Shown one piece after another: positions 17,645 to 28,500 of a stretch of 64,000 nt of DNA. Made by a program: the position numbers and the translations under genes. The notes under the pieces were generated by a model. It worked only from the letters and a program-made list of their open reading frames with translations, had not been told where the DNA came from and made no database searches. How positions within the stretch are numbered: the first letter of the stretch is position 1; each line of letters opens with the position of its first letter. Origin of the DNA: a virus; IMG/VR virus record IMGVR_UViG_3300036851_000098, positions 15,867 through 79,866 of that record, one strand, 5' to 3'.

Positions 17645-17890
17645 ATGGAATACATCGAATATCGCCGTAAGATCAAGAGTCTGAAAAAGCACAAGACCAC
17701 GATCGCATGTGGTGTAACCGCTGTCGTCACCACCGCCATCACGTGGAAGGTGTCTGGCGTCGTCATGAATCACACGTTCAACCAGCGCTACCAAGCCCTG
17801 CTCCTCCGCGAAGTCGTCTTGCGCGACTTTGTGAGCGCCAAGGGTCTTAAGGAAGAGTTCCTCAACGAGTTCATTCCGTCTTTGAACTAG
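17645..17890 (+). CDS. hypothetical membrane-anchored protein
   Basis: AAGGAG SD; KKHK followed by hydrophobic segment. Confidence 0.65.
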   Translation: MEYIEYRRKIKSLKKHKTTIACGVTAVVTTAITWKVSGVVMNHTFNQRYQALLLREVVLRDFVSAKGLKEEFLNEFIPSLN

Positions 17891-17895
17891 AAGAT

Positions 17896-17928
17896 TCGCG
17901 AAGTTTTCATGGGGTATAATGAGACCCT
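17896..17928 (+). promoter_or_regulatory. phage promoter-like motif P2
   Basis: TCGCG-N6-TCA-N6-ATAATGAGACCCT. Confidence 0.65.
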
Positions 17929-17944
17929 TATTGAAAGGAAAATC

Positions 17945-18154
17945 ATGTCCCAGCCTCCGCTCAATCTGCTTGCAGAAGTGCTTGTCGCCGAAGACGATTT
18001 GCTCAAAGCTCAGCGAAAGATCGCCCGCGTTCAGAAGACCCCCATTGGGAAACTTCCGATCGTTCGATCCAAGTTGAACAGTCGACAGATCAATCTCGCC
18101 AGCAAGCACATTCGCATCAAAGCCGCGAAGCAGTACCTGAATTCCACCACTTAG
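17945..18154 (+). CDS. basic hypothetical protein (cassette gene)
   Basis: AAAGGA SD before ATG 17945; flanked by P2 and a terminator. Confidence 0.7.
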   Translation: MSQPPLNLLAEVLVAEDDLLKAQRKIARVQKTPIGKLPIVRSKLNSRQINLASKHIRIKAAKQYLNSTT

Positions 18155-18162
18155 TTTCAAAG

Positions 18163-18189
18163 AAGAGAATCTTCACGGATTCTCTTTTT
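18163..18189 (+). terminator. intrinsic terminator
   Basis: aagagaatc/gattctctt stem plus T-run. Confidence 0.75.
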
Positions 18190-18221
18190 CGCGAGATATT
18201 CACGCAGCATAATGAGACCCT
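18189..18221 (+). promoter_or_regulatory. phage promoter-like motif P3
   Basis: TCGCG-N6-TCA-N6-ATAATGAGACCCT. Confidence 0.65.
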
Positions 18222-18246
18222 ATTCATCCTTAACAGGAGACTTGTT

Positions 18247-18516
18247 ATGCCCAAGTTTGCCCTCGTTCCTGCATTCCTCGCCGGAGCCATCATCGCAGAT
18301 GCGTACAGGTGTCACCGTGCCAAGAAGGCCATTCTCTGCATGGCAGATGAGATCAACGACGTCGTTCTCGAAACCGTCATCGATCCGCTCCACCAGGAAA
18401 ACGCTCTTCTCGCTGCCACGGTCGACTACCTCGCGTCCAAGATCGCTGACTCCGACATGGAGCTGGACGAGTTCGACCTGATCATCATCAACGATCTCGC
18501 TCAGATGAAGCAGTAA
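18247..18516 (+). CDS. hypothetical protein (cassette gene)
   Basis: AGGAG SD; flanked by P3 and a terminator. Confidence 0.7.
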   Translation: MPKFALVPAFLAGAIIADAYRCHRAKKAILCMADEINDVVLETVIDPLHQENALLAATVDYLASKIADSDMELDEFDLIIINDLAQMKQ

Positions 18517-18524
18517 TCCAAAGA

Positions 18525-18555
18525 GGGAGGCCCTAACACGGCCTCTCTTTTTTTT
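18525..18555 (+). terminator. intrinsic terminator
   Basis: gggaggcc/ggcctctc stem plus T8. Confidence 0.8.
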
Positions 18556-18566
18556 AAAGGAGGGTA

Positions 18567-18896
18567 ATGCAGACACACGAATACGAAGTTGTCAATCCAA
18601 CGCATTACAAAAACAACAGAGCATGTATCGAAGCCTATACCAAGGAAGGCTGGCGACTGGTAGCGGTGATCCCACCCCCCACCCACGGCTCTGGATACAC
18701 GCATTCCATGGTTTTCGAAAAGCCAATTAAAAAGCAAATAGAACTAAAATCACCGGGGACTGTTGAAGCATTAATCGAGAATCTGAGACAATTCGACCCC
18801 AAAGCTTCATATTCGCTGATGATGACCTTAGGTGGAAATCATTCATATCTCATCATTGGGGAAGCTGGTGAGGAAAACGCAGTACCACTAACATAA
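18567..18896 (+). CDS. hypothetical protein (DUF4177-like N-terminus)
   Basis: EYEVV...EGWRLVAV...VFEKP. Confidence 0.55.
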   Translation: MQTHEYEVVNPTHYKNNRACIEAYTKEGWRLVAVIPPPTHGSGYTHSMVFEKPIKKQIELKSPGTVEALIENLRQFDPKASYSLMMTLGGNHSYLIIGEAGEENAVPLT

Positions 18897-18906
18897 AAGG
18901 AGAGTC

Positions 18907-19452
18907 ATGCCTATCAGTGCTCTAACTGGCGAGAGGATGGTCCCCGTGTTGTACTGCGATCTCGACGGTACGATTCGACACGGGAAAGACGAACTGGGTC
19001 GATTTGTCAATGGCCCAGAGGATGTCAAGGTTTTTGACGAGATTCCTGCTCTGTTTCGCGCATACAAGAAGCTTGAATGGCGCATTGTCGGAATCAGTAA
19101 CCAGGGTGGCATCGCTCTTGGCTATATGGACATGAAGACTTGTACCGCTGCGATGATCGAGACCAACAGACAATGCAAGGGTATGTTTGATAAGATCGCT
19201 TGGTGTCAACATCACCCAAATGCCAAGGATCCTGAGATGGCTGTCTGCTGGTGTCGTAAACCCCGCCCCGGTTTGGTTATCGAGTCAGCGTTGGCTCTGG
19301 CTGAGAAAACTGGAGAGATCTATCCTCCGCATCTAGGTTTGTTCGTCGGGGATCGTCCTGAAGATGAATTGTGTGCTCAAGGCGCTGGATTGCGGTTCAT
19401 GCCCGCCGACGAATGGCGCACAGGTGCGCATATCGTTACTCTTGAGAGATGA
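18907..19452 (+). CDS. HAD-IIIA phosphatase (GmhB/HisB/PNKP-like)
   Basis: DLDGT, SNQGG, C.CRKPRPG, FVGDRPED..CA. Confidence 0.85.
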   Translation: MPISALTGERMVPVLYCDLDGTIRHGKDELGRFVNGPEDVKVFDEIPALFRAYKKLEWRIVGISNQGGIALGYMDMKTCTAAMIETNRQCKGMFDKIAWCQHHPNAKDPEMAVCWCRKPRPGLVIESALALAEKTGEIYPPHLGLFVGDRPEDELCAQGAGLRFMPADEWRTGAHIVTLER

Positions 19453-19520
19453 CAGTTCAATCCGTAACATCCCAAGTAAATTCTCATGGGCTTGTAATTC
19501 TCGATTCCAAGGAAATTTTA

Positions 19521-20942
19521 ATGGCTAAATTCGTTGGTCGTCGTGGTGATCTGAAGTGGGGACCATACGATTATCCCGTGACCAAGACGCAGAAGATCAC
19601 GTTGGAAGGACTTCACAACATCATGAAGGGCGTGCCTCGTACCAATCGTGGAAAGATGCCCGCGGGGTATTATGGGTCTCAGCGCCCCAGTGATGGTGGT
19701 ATCATCGTTGGTTTGAACCACTATTCGGTGACCGTGCACCGTAACGGTCGCATTACCAGCAACCGGGAAAAGATCTAGGAGGAAACATGAACGACGAAGT
19801 CATCGAGACTTTACCAGGTCTCTATACAGTTCGGACTCGCTTTCACCACCACGGAGATATGGTCCAAAATCTAGAATTTGTCGAAGCGATTCGACTGGTT
19901 CAAGATCGTTTCGAAAAGAGCAACGGTGCGGTGTTCTTTGCCTCAATCGAACGGCAGGAATAAAGAGCATTATGGATCCTATTTCGAATCTGCGTGAGCA
20001 ATTAGAACTTTCCCGAGATATTATCGCGCTAGTCAACGGTACCCACGAACGCGGTATGACTGAGGAAGAGCGAGCCAAGAATGAAAGCCGCGGCGAACGA
20101 CTCGCCTGGGCTGTACTTGCACTCGATGAATGGCGACGAAATGGTGGGTCTGACCCCTATCAGAATGCTCACCAAGGAGATAACAAAAATTAGAAAACAT
20201 CGGTGGCGATTCAAACCATCTACACAAAACTACATCTGTACAAGATGTAAATGTTGGGACTACGAACTAATACAAATTGACTCTACCGGGCATTTCTATC
20301 CTCCGTGTAGACACCGTCAAACACTCGTTAATTGGATCTTAGCTCTTCTTAGGAAAGGAGCCTAATGGAGGTATCAGTTGGAGAATTCGCAGTCATCGCA
20401 TTTATTATCCTTGTCAGCGTTTTGATCGGCTACGCGCTTGGTGCACCGAAAAAGGATGATGAAAGCTGATGGCTGGGATCGGATGTCGATGCGGTTGGCC
20501 ATTGGATCCCTGTGCCCCACAGCACGCTGAGGGTAAGCCGTGCGGTAAAAAGCGACATGAAGCTGAATTGGCGAAGAGACACAAAGAAAGCATCTGGGGT
20601 CAAGCAGAAATCGCAATCGAGACAGGGGATCTACACAAAGCTGTAGCTTTGTTGTTGGATATCTGTAAAAAGCAGCAAACAGAGATTGAAGCAAACCGCC
20701 CAGACCCAAGAATAGCGTTTATTGGGGGATAGAAAGGAATCAACATGTGGGTTTTAGTGGTTTACAACGAACATTCAGACACAGTTTATGTTTATGGAGG
20801 TACTGAAAAGAAGCCGTGGACTTCTGATCAGGCTAACGAAGCTGCCGCAGAATATGTTCGACGTCACATCAGCAACAAGGGAAACTTCTCCAGCGATACA
20901 TTTCGGATGACGGTCATTCAGATCGAAGCATTGGCAAAGTAG
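19521..20942 (+). other. run of small hypothetical phage genes (19521-19778, 19972-20193, 20469-20732, 20745-20942 and others)
   Basis: Short co-oriented ORFs, several with SD sites; no recognisable domains. Confidence 0.5.
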
Positions 20943-20944
20943 GA

Positions 20945-21403
20945 ATGCCTTCAGAAACTCACGGACATCGTAAAGGCCCTAGGAAACAGAAGTCCAACGG
21001 GCAAAAGAACCAATGGGATCCCACCTACGGATCGTGGCGAGAAATGAAACGGCGGTGTTTAGATCCGAAACGATCAGACTTTCAGTATTATGGCGCCGTA
21101 GGAATTCAAGTATGCCCGCAATGGATTGCAAAACCGGGTGGGTTTGAGCAATTCTTAAAGGACGTAGGTAAGAGACCTGACGGACATACTCTGGACCGTA
21201 TAAATCCGTATGGGCATTACGAGCCGGGAAATGTGCGTTGGGTTCCTACCTTAGAAAATTCTTCTGGGAATCGCCGTTCTGACTGGGATCGTGACTATGG
21301 TCCACCACCAGAGGACAGTTTGTTCCAAATCCAGCCTAAGTGGCCTGAGCTTCTAGTAGATCAAGATAAGCCTGAGACGGACGAAGAAGAGATTCCTTTT
21401 TAG
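20945..21403 (+). CDS. HNH endonuclease-like protein
   Basis: Y.SW..MK.RC......YYG..GI.VC..W...F..F..DVG.RP...TLDRI...G.YEPGNVRW. Confidence 0.82.
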   Translation: MPSETHGHRKGPRKQKSNGQKNQWDPTYGSWREMKRRCLDPKRSDFQYYGAVGIQVCPQWIAKPGGFEQFLKDVGKRPDGHTLDRINPYGHYEPGNVRWVPTLENSSGNRRSDWDRDYGPPPEDSLFQIQPKWPELLVDQDKPETDEEEIPF

Positions 21404-21640
21404 AAAGAAGGTGATGATGGCCGACTGTCCTGCGGGACGAATTCCTAGCACTTGTCCTGATACATGTTCTTGCGCGAGTATCTGCGGGCAGGCGATTATC
21501 GATGGACGCTACACCCTTAAGTGGGAAAAAGGCTTGAATATAGAAAGTAAGCGCTTACGTCGATTGGTCGGTCCATGGTTACTCGATCGTAGTAGTCCAC
21601 AGGTCAAATTGAAGGATCTCTAAGTTAAAAAGGAGGTGTC

Positions 21641-21844
21641 GTGTTAGACGTGAGCAAAATCACGCTAGATGACCTCAATGAAGAGATCGATCGTACAGTA
21701 GACAAATTGGAACGTTTGTTAAAGCTACATGACGCAGTGTCTTCTCAGAATCAGCGCCGAGTTGAGAAACTCATCTCTGAATACAATACCATGCTTAGAA
21801 AACAGTCCAAAGACGCTGGAATGATCGAAATCGCTAGGAGGTGA
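21641..21844 (+). CDS. coiled-coil hypothetical protein
   Basis: AGGAGG SD, GTG start. Confidence 0.6.
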   Translation: MLDVSKITLDDLNEEIDRTVDKLERLLKLHDAVSSQNQRRVEKLISEYNTMLRKQSKDAGMIEIARR

Positions 21845-21941
21845 CGTAATTTCAAAGATCGATCTGTCAACACTATTACCTCCGCTTATCGCAGATCCCG
21901 ACAGCGAAGCCGGACGATTCCTTTCATCACGCGGGCTACCG

Positions 21942-22169
21942 TTGACCTATGAGAACAGACGTGTACTCGGAACTCGCTCCTGTGGGAAAGAAATACTAAG
22001 TCTGTTACCAAGTGGTCCAGTTGTCATAGATTGCCAACATGTCGAAGTAATCAGTCCGACAGTCTTTCACGAATTGCTTCTAAAACGAGATGATCTTACG
22101 TTTGAAGGGATGAACGAAGATGTCCAAGAATCTTTGAAGCTTGTCGAAGAAAGACTAGGTAAAAATTAG
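21942..22169 (+). CDS. STAS-like (DUF4325-like) protein
   Basis: LGTRS.G......VVID...VE.ISP.V.HEL; start may lie upstream. Confidence 0.55.
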   Translation: MTYENRRVLGTRSCGKEILSLLPSGPVVIDCQHVEVISPTVFHELLLKRDDLTFEGMNEDVQESLKLVEERLGKN

Positions 22170-22183
22170 AAAGGAGGTGGCAT

Positions 22184-22492
22184 ATGGTAAATGCTGAATT
22201 GAAGAAACTGACAGCTAAAGAGTTCCGAGCTCAGGGATACCTACAAGAACTCAATCGACGATTTCTTCATCCTCTAGGTCTTGCCCTTGAAGTGACCCTC
22301 CACGAAGACGGCAATGAAACTTTTGGTGAAGTCTGGGATTGCCGAGATGATCCAGAGGGATTGATCTATGGCCCGGGTGTCATCAATCCCAAGAAGGCTA
22401 AATTCGTCTACGACGAGACCGCAGCTCGTTTTCCAGAACGAGTGAAGAGACTCGGATTCGACATCCAACCGGATGGAGAGATAGATACGTAA
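22184..22492 (+). CDS. conserved phage hypothetical protein
   Basis: AAAGGAGG SD; EFR..GYLQE.NR.FLHPLGLALEV. Confidence 0.75.
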   Translation: MVNAELKKLTAKEFRAQGYLQELNRRFLHPLGLALEVTLHEDGNETFGEVWDCRDDPEGLIYGPGVINPKKAKFVYDETAARFPERVKRLGFDIQPDGEIDT

Positions 22493-22904
22493 TGGGAGAA
22501 TTAGAAAGGAATGACGGCATACCACACAAACGGCCCATTTGTCCGCACTGTGGAGAATTAGCTCCTTACGGTGACGAGCGGTTGGCGTGGATAAGCTGGC
22601 ACATCGATCATCCTATTCATGCTTGGTGGTGGAGATGGAAGAACCGTAAGAAAAAGTAGAAAGGATTCGTAATAATGTTTATCATTTACTACTGGGCTTC
22701 ACACCCCTGTGGCGGATGGTATCTAGAAGCAGCACACTATTGGACCGAGAATGGGCGTGGTAAATACGCTCCAAGAAGGTGACATGCTCGGCTGTCATTA
22801 CGATCGAAATACGGGAGCAATGATCTGTTGGTGGGAGGAGAACGGAAAGGTCGTTGCGGTATGGGTAGTCAATCGTAAACAGAGACGGAAAAATTAGAAA
22901 GGAG

Positions 22905-24131
22905 GTGACAGTAATGGGAGAGATTCGAACCGGCGTTAAACTGGCTGAGCATCAGCAGATCGCTCTAGGTAAGTTGAAGGACGGCAATATCCTTTGGGGC
23001 GGCGTCGGTTCGGGTAAGAGTCGAGTTGGTATGGCGTACTATTGCACGACCGAACAAGACGAAGACTTGATCGTCATCACGACGGCCAAGAAGCGTGATT
23101 CTCTGGATTGGGAGACCGAGGCGGCACGATTCGGCGTGGGTAAGGAGAGAGACGCCACTCAGCACGGCACCATTACTGTCGACTCCTGGAACAACATCGA
23201 GAAATACATCGATGTAGAGGGCGCGTTCTTTATTTTCGACGAGCAACGACTGGTGGGAGCGGGTAAGTGGTCGAAGTCGTTTCTTAAGATCGCGAAGCGC
23301 AACCGATGGATCATGTTGTCAGCGACACCAGGAGATACCTGGCTGGATTACATTCCCGTATTCGTGGCAAATGGGTTCTACCGAAATCGCACCGAATTCA
23401 AGCGCGAGCACGTGATCTACCGCCCATTCTCGAAGTATCCCGTAGTGGAGAGATATGTAGGAGTCCAGCGTCTGGTACGTCACCGTAATCAGATACTGGT
23501 GCACATGCCGTATGCAAAGGAGACGACTCGCCACCCAGTTAACATCTGGTGTGAACATGATGAGGTCGCTCTGGCTCGAGTTTCACATGGACTGTGGAAC
23601 ATATTTGAAGAAAAGCCTATCCGAGACAAGGCTGAGCTTTTCCATGTGATGCGCAGGGTTGTAAACTCTGATCCATCCCGTCTAAGGGCTGTCCAAGAAC
23701 TGCTGGACAAACACGACAGGCTGATCGTCTTCTACAGTTTTGACTACGAGCTCGCAATCCTTCGAGAGCTATCTGAATCTTCAAAGCGGGTTTATGCCGA
23801 GTGGAACGGTCACAAGCATGAAGAGATCCCCACGACGGACAAGTGGGTCTACGTGGTTCAGTATGTCGCAGGTGCAGAAGGATGGAATTGCGTCACGACA
23901 AATGCGGTGTGTTTCTACAGTCTGACATATTCGTATAAAATGTGGGAACAAGCCCACGGGCGAATTGACAGGCTCGATACCGACTTCATTGATCTGTATT
24001 ACTACGCGCTCCGGTCGAAGGCTACGATCGACTGGGCCATTTGGCGTTCTTTGAAGTCTAAGAAGTCTTTCCAGACCGAGCACTTCGACATGACAGATGC
24101 CGAGTTTGCGGATTTTTCCTATCAGGAGTAG
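22905..24131 (+). CDS. SF2 DNA helicase
   Basis: GGVGSGKS, FDEQ, LSATPGD, GAEGWN, QAHGRIDR. Confidence 0.88.
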   Translation: MTVMGEIRTGVKLAEHQQIALGKLKDGNILWGGVGSGKSRVGMAYYCTTEQDEDLIVITTAKKRDSLDWETEAARFGVGKERDATQHGTITVDSWNNIEKYIDVEGAFFIFDEQRLVGAGKWSKSFLKIAKRNRWIMLSATPGDTWLDYIPVFVANGFYRNRTEFKREHVIYRPFSKYPVVERYVGVQRLVRHRNQILVHMPYAKETTRHPVNIWCEHDEVALARVSHGLWNIFEEKPIRDKAELFHVMRRVVNSDPSRLRAVQELLDKHDRLIVFYSFDYELAILRELSESSKRVYAEWNGHKHEEIPTTDKWVYVVQYVAGAEGWNCVTTNAVCFYSLTYSYKMWEQAHGRIDRLDTDFIDLYYYALRSKATIDWAIWRSLKSKKSFQTEHFDMTDAEFADFSYQE

Positions 24132-24145
24132 AAAGGTGGCCACGA

Positions 24146-26103
24146 TTGAATAATTGTCTGTGTCTCTGCTCCGCTAACCACCCGGATCAACTCGGTGTCT
24201 GCACGGGCGACCCGACTCGAACGCTTCGGTTCAGCGACTTCCCAAAGGACTCACCTCTTCACGGACTAGATCATGTAGATATACACATGTGTGAATCGTG
24301 TTTTCTAAGAACAACAGCTAGGAGAAAAGATGGAAGCTCTTAGAATCATCCCTGATTTGGAACGTCATGGTATTCGCGACGAGCCGTATAATGTCGTGGA
24401 ATACGATAACGGTCCTATTATCATCGGTGGAATGTCCAAGGGCACCGAGAACGGAAAGCCGGTTGTCATGATCGCTATCGATACTGATGACGGAGATGTC
24501 ATGGTCATTCAGACCACGTTGGCTTTATTCCTCAGTGCTGCCGATGCGCTCAAAGCTTACCATGGTGATCCCAGATAGATGGAGAATCGTCGATGAGCGA
24601 TGAAACCGAGAAGATGAGTCAAGAAGAGTTATTGCGTTGGAACCTGGTTCGAGCCGAGCAGCACGCGTCTCAAGCTTTAGACCTGATCTATGGAAACAAA
24701 GCAGGTGGGATCCGGGTTCCGCGCGGTTTCTGGTGGCGTAGAAGACTACTAGCTGCTCAGAATCATCTAATGACTCTGACAGTAAGAGAATTGAATAAAA
24801 AAGGGTGACAGATGTCTGATCTCGTCTCATTTACTATCGAAGTCGATATGGAGAAACGTTGGGTACCACACTTCCTGGGTATGTTACAGTCAATGGAACA
24901 TCTAGGTCGTCTAGGTTTGTCACGAGCGCTTACGTTCTTCTCAGATGGAGACGGAGACTTCCATCCGCGATTCAAATGGAATATCGAAGCACAACCAATT
25001 CAGCCAGGTGAGGAATATTCATGGGATGCAGGATGAAAGATAGCGGATACGAACAACTCGTCACCAACATACGAACTGAGGCCGATAACCTAAAGGCACA
25101 TCAAGATGCATCCCCCCAGCAAGTGAGAGCTCTTCGGCAATTCGCTGATTTCATCGCAATGGGACGTTGGGGCAACAACAATCGTGAAACGGAGGTGAAA
25201 AATTGCTAGAATATCGCGCTATCGTGCGTTTCGAAGATCGCCATGACACTTGGTCTTTTTCCCCACACGTTACCAAGTGGAATCCAGATCGACAAGCAGC
25301 ACTCATTTACATTGAGATTTACAGAGGTATTCCTTCATATAGGTCAGGTAAGATCGAAAAACGAGAAGTTGGGTTCCCAAAAGACGATGAGCTGTTCCCT
25401 AAGGAGGTGAAAGATGGCAGCAAAGCGACTGAAAACGAAGATAACCCCCGATGATCAGCTAACTGAGTACTTGAAAGTTGCAGAGGAGGCCCTCATAGGG
25501 GCCGTAAAGCTCTTCTCAGAGCATAAAACGCTTAATCGAAGGGTTGGGTACCTAACACGGCTCGTAAGGGCTCAGGAGGGCGTTACGGGCCTTCATAGGG
25601 AGGAATTGGTGCGTGCGCTGGCTACGAAAGGTAGAAAAGGGCGGAAAAAGGCTTAAAAGGGGGTCTAAATCGATGGAAGAGACCATCACAAACCTGGATT
25701 CGTACGTCAATGGCTATAAAGTCGTGTCCTCGGATGAAAAGACGGTTACTTTGGAGGATGGGGTAACCGTTGAGAAGGCGAAATGTGAGTATGTAGGGCG
25801 TTTGTCCGAGTCTGGGGCAACATTGTATCACTGCGATGATCTTAGAGAAGAGGGCGATCAACTGTGATCAAGCTTATATTCCCTCCTGGGTTCCCCCATG
25901 ATCTGGAAGTTCACATCCGGCCAGACTCTATTGAATACTGGAGATGGGGCGGAAAGATCCTGGAGCTCACTCCCCCACAATACGGGATGATTCACAGGGC
26001 TATAGAAGAGAAGCTACGCTCTATAGAGGTGGATCAGCTGTTTGTGCCGTATAAGCCGGAAAAACTCGAAAATCGGGTAGATTCAGATACTGGGATGCCC
26101 TAA
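24146..26103 (+). other. run of small hypothetical genes (24146-24343, 24330-24578, 24593-24808, 24812-25036, 25203-25454, 25414-25656, 25672-25867, 25864-26103)
   Basis: Co-oriented, overlapping or abutting ORFs with SD sites. Confidence 0.55.
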
Positions 26104-26545
26104 AACAAGCTAAAAACGGCTTGCCAAGCTTTTTGCCAAGATTTTCTTTGGCAAGATTTTAATGCTGAATCACCTGCAAATAAGCGGTTTTGTGTTGCGA
26201 AAACGCTTGCCAAGAAATTTCGTAAAAAGTTTTTTAATATTTTACGACTTCAATATCTGATTATACCTATGGTATTCCTTATATATCTACGCGGGCGCGC
26301 GGAAAAATAGGGGGTTCCATACAAGGAATCAGATACTGGGATGCGTTTTTATAAAAACTTTTTGTCCTCAAAATCTTGGCAGACAAATTCGGCCTAAAAA
26401 GTCGCTGTTTGCGGAGAATCCCAGTATCTATTTGGTCTATTTGCCAAGATTTGCCAAGATTTAGGATAATGTGGACCGCGAAAACCCATGCTGTAGGGGT
26501 ACTCTAATATCTGAAAACGGGTGCCAAATCGACAGATATTGACTG
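26084..26545. repeat. putative replication origin: AT-rich region with TTGCCAAG and CAGATAYTG iterons and a ~175-bp imperfect palindrome
   Basis: TTGCCAAG at 26121, 26133, 26207, 26441, 26451 (+) and TGCCAAG at 26375-81 (-); CAGATAYTG-like copies at 26084, 26251(-), 26330, 26418(-), 26533. Confidence 0.65.
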
Positions 26546-26554
26546 AAAGGAAAA

Positions 26555-27475
26555 TTGATGGCTTCATTGGTGAACGCTGAGTTTAGATACTGGAGGACAG
26601 ACACCAAGCGTCACAGTCGGGAAATCTACGCGCTTGTGTACAACGATCCGGCAAAGCCCTCGCCTCATGATCCATTGATCGGGACGATGGAGACTGCCGA
26701 TTTGGCTGAGATCGTGGTGGAAGTACACAACAACGCTATCCGGAAGTACGGAAAGCGGTATCTGAAGGTGCTGCAATCAGATGGATGAAGAGAGATTGGT
26801 TGAGATTCGTGGATTTGCGCTTGATCTTGTCGAAGAACTATTCGCGACTGGTAATTACAACCATCTCGATGGGTACGGCGGCGCCAGTCTCGTTATTGAT
26901 CTCGAAGAAGCTGTGACGGCGCTTCATAAAAAAGGGTGGGCGATCGCTCGAGAGCTCGGGGATGGTTAGTTTTCCTATGCTGAATCATGTGTGGTATTAC
27001 GTGATTCGGAAACCAGATGAAATGTTCAGGTTCATCGATAGGAAGGCAGTCATAACATACTACCGACCATGGCATACTGTTGTCTATCTAGAAGGCGCCT
27101 TTGAGTCGGATGACAAAGAAGAGCTCATGCAAGAGGTGTATCGAGCAGCAGCTTCAAAACTCAACTGAAAGGATTCCTATGATGGTTAGCGATTACACGT
27201 ATGAGGCTTCACGCATGGCGAACTTCGGACGGGACACCGCCAAGGCGCATTCTACATTTACTCGATCGACTGAGAAGTTGGCTGCTGAAATCAACGCCGC
27301 AATCGACAACGGCATCAAGCCTATCAAGGTTGCACACGATGTCATGGGGCGGTGCTCATCAAGAGAGATGCAGATCGAACTTCTGTCATCTTTGATGGCA
27401 TTGGCGCAGATGAACAAGATTCCGCAGTCGGTGGTGGACCCCTTCGAGGGAGGTATCCGTGTTAAACGAGTCTGA
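26555..27475 (+). other. small hypothetical genes (26555-26788, 26781-26969, 26962-27168, about 27179-27475)
   Basis: Coupled ORFs with SD sites. Confidence 0.55.
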
Positions 27476-27769
27476 TGTTGAATGTGGACGGAGACTTGTT
27501 TTAAATCTTCGGAACGCATGCCATGATGCCAATTCTCCGATTGTCCCAACGCCCATTGCTGAAGCAATCAGAGCGTTGGTAGTGTGGGCAGAGAAGGGAA
27601 AAGAAAATGAAAGAGAATGATAGATCTCAGGATACGAAAGTGTTTCTTGGTGGACGAGCTTTGTGTTCTCCTATGTTTAGATGCTTTCCTCCTCAACCTA
27701 CCATCTGTCTAATTTGTCAAGGAACTACGACTGAGTTTTGTTTGCTGGTAGAGAAATTGGAGAGAGCTG

Positions 27770-28273
27770 ATGATAGAGAATGATGGATGGAGGCCGGTGG
27801 AAGGATTTCCTGGTTATAGCATAAACGCCCTAGGCCAGATTGCAAGAGACTCTACTGGTCGGTTGCTGCGTCCAAGGTATAATCAGTATGGTGTCCCCTA
27901 CGTCGGACTTATGCGAAATTGGCAACAGTGTATTCGTTCTCTACCCCGATTGGTGGCGTTGGCGTTTCTAGATAATCCATCGGATATTTTCGATACTCCG
28001 ATTCAAATAGATGGGGATCCGGCTAACTGTCGAGCCGACAATCTGATGTGGCGTCCTCGGTGGTATGCGGTGCTTTACAAGAAGCAGTTTGAAAAGGAAG
28101 GTCGATATGAGAATCCTATCGATTCTCCTGTGCATGCTGTGAACGAAGGAGAGCGTTTTTCAAACTCTTTGGAGGCAGCGTGCCGGTATGGTCTTCTAGA
28201 ACGTGAGGTCGTGTTGTCTATTCTTAATAAGACACCAGCATGGCCTACATATCAATTCTTCGAGATGCTGTAG
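27770..28273 (+). CDS. NUMOD4-domain HNH-like endonuclease
   Basis: WRPVEGFPGYSIN..G.I, RLVA.AFL, DGD..NC...NL.W. Confidence 0.78.
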   Translation: MIENDGWRPVEGFPGYSINALGQIARDSTGRLLRPRYNQYGVPYVGLMRNWQQCIRSLPRLVALAFLDNPSDIFDTPIQIDGDPANCRADNLMWRPRWYAVLYKKQFEKEGRYENPIDSPVHAVNEGERFSNSLEAACRYGLLEREVVLSILNKTPAWPTYQFFEML

Positions 28274-28280
28274 GGGTCAA

Positions 28281-28454
28281 ATGGAATCCGAGATTTTGGT
28301 AAACCTTAGTTTGCGTCTGCCTCAAGCGGATCGGCGAGCATTAGCTGACCATTTGGCCCCAGTTATCAAGGAGGCAATCATTGCTGGAGGAGACAGTGTA
28401 GTTGTTTCGTTGCAACCGTATGATCCAGACAAAGACCCAGAAGGCGAGGAATAG
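28281..28454 (+). CDS. hypothetical protein
   Basis: ATG after AGGGG; MESEILVNL... Confidence 0.5.
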   Translation: MESEILVNLSLRLPQADRRALADHLAPVIKEAIIAGGDSVVVSLQPYDPDKDPEGEE

Positions 28455-28500
28455 AGCCAAATAGTGAGCAAATCACTCCTTATTTTTTTCAGATACTGGA

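Noticed and set aside
26121-26460. CRISPR-like array from TTGCCAAG repeats
   Set aside because: Repeats are 8-11 bp, irregularly spaced and in both orientations; the Cas4-like gene is a common stand-alone phage nuclease
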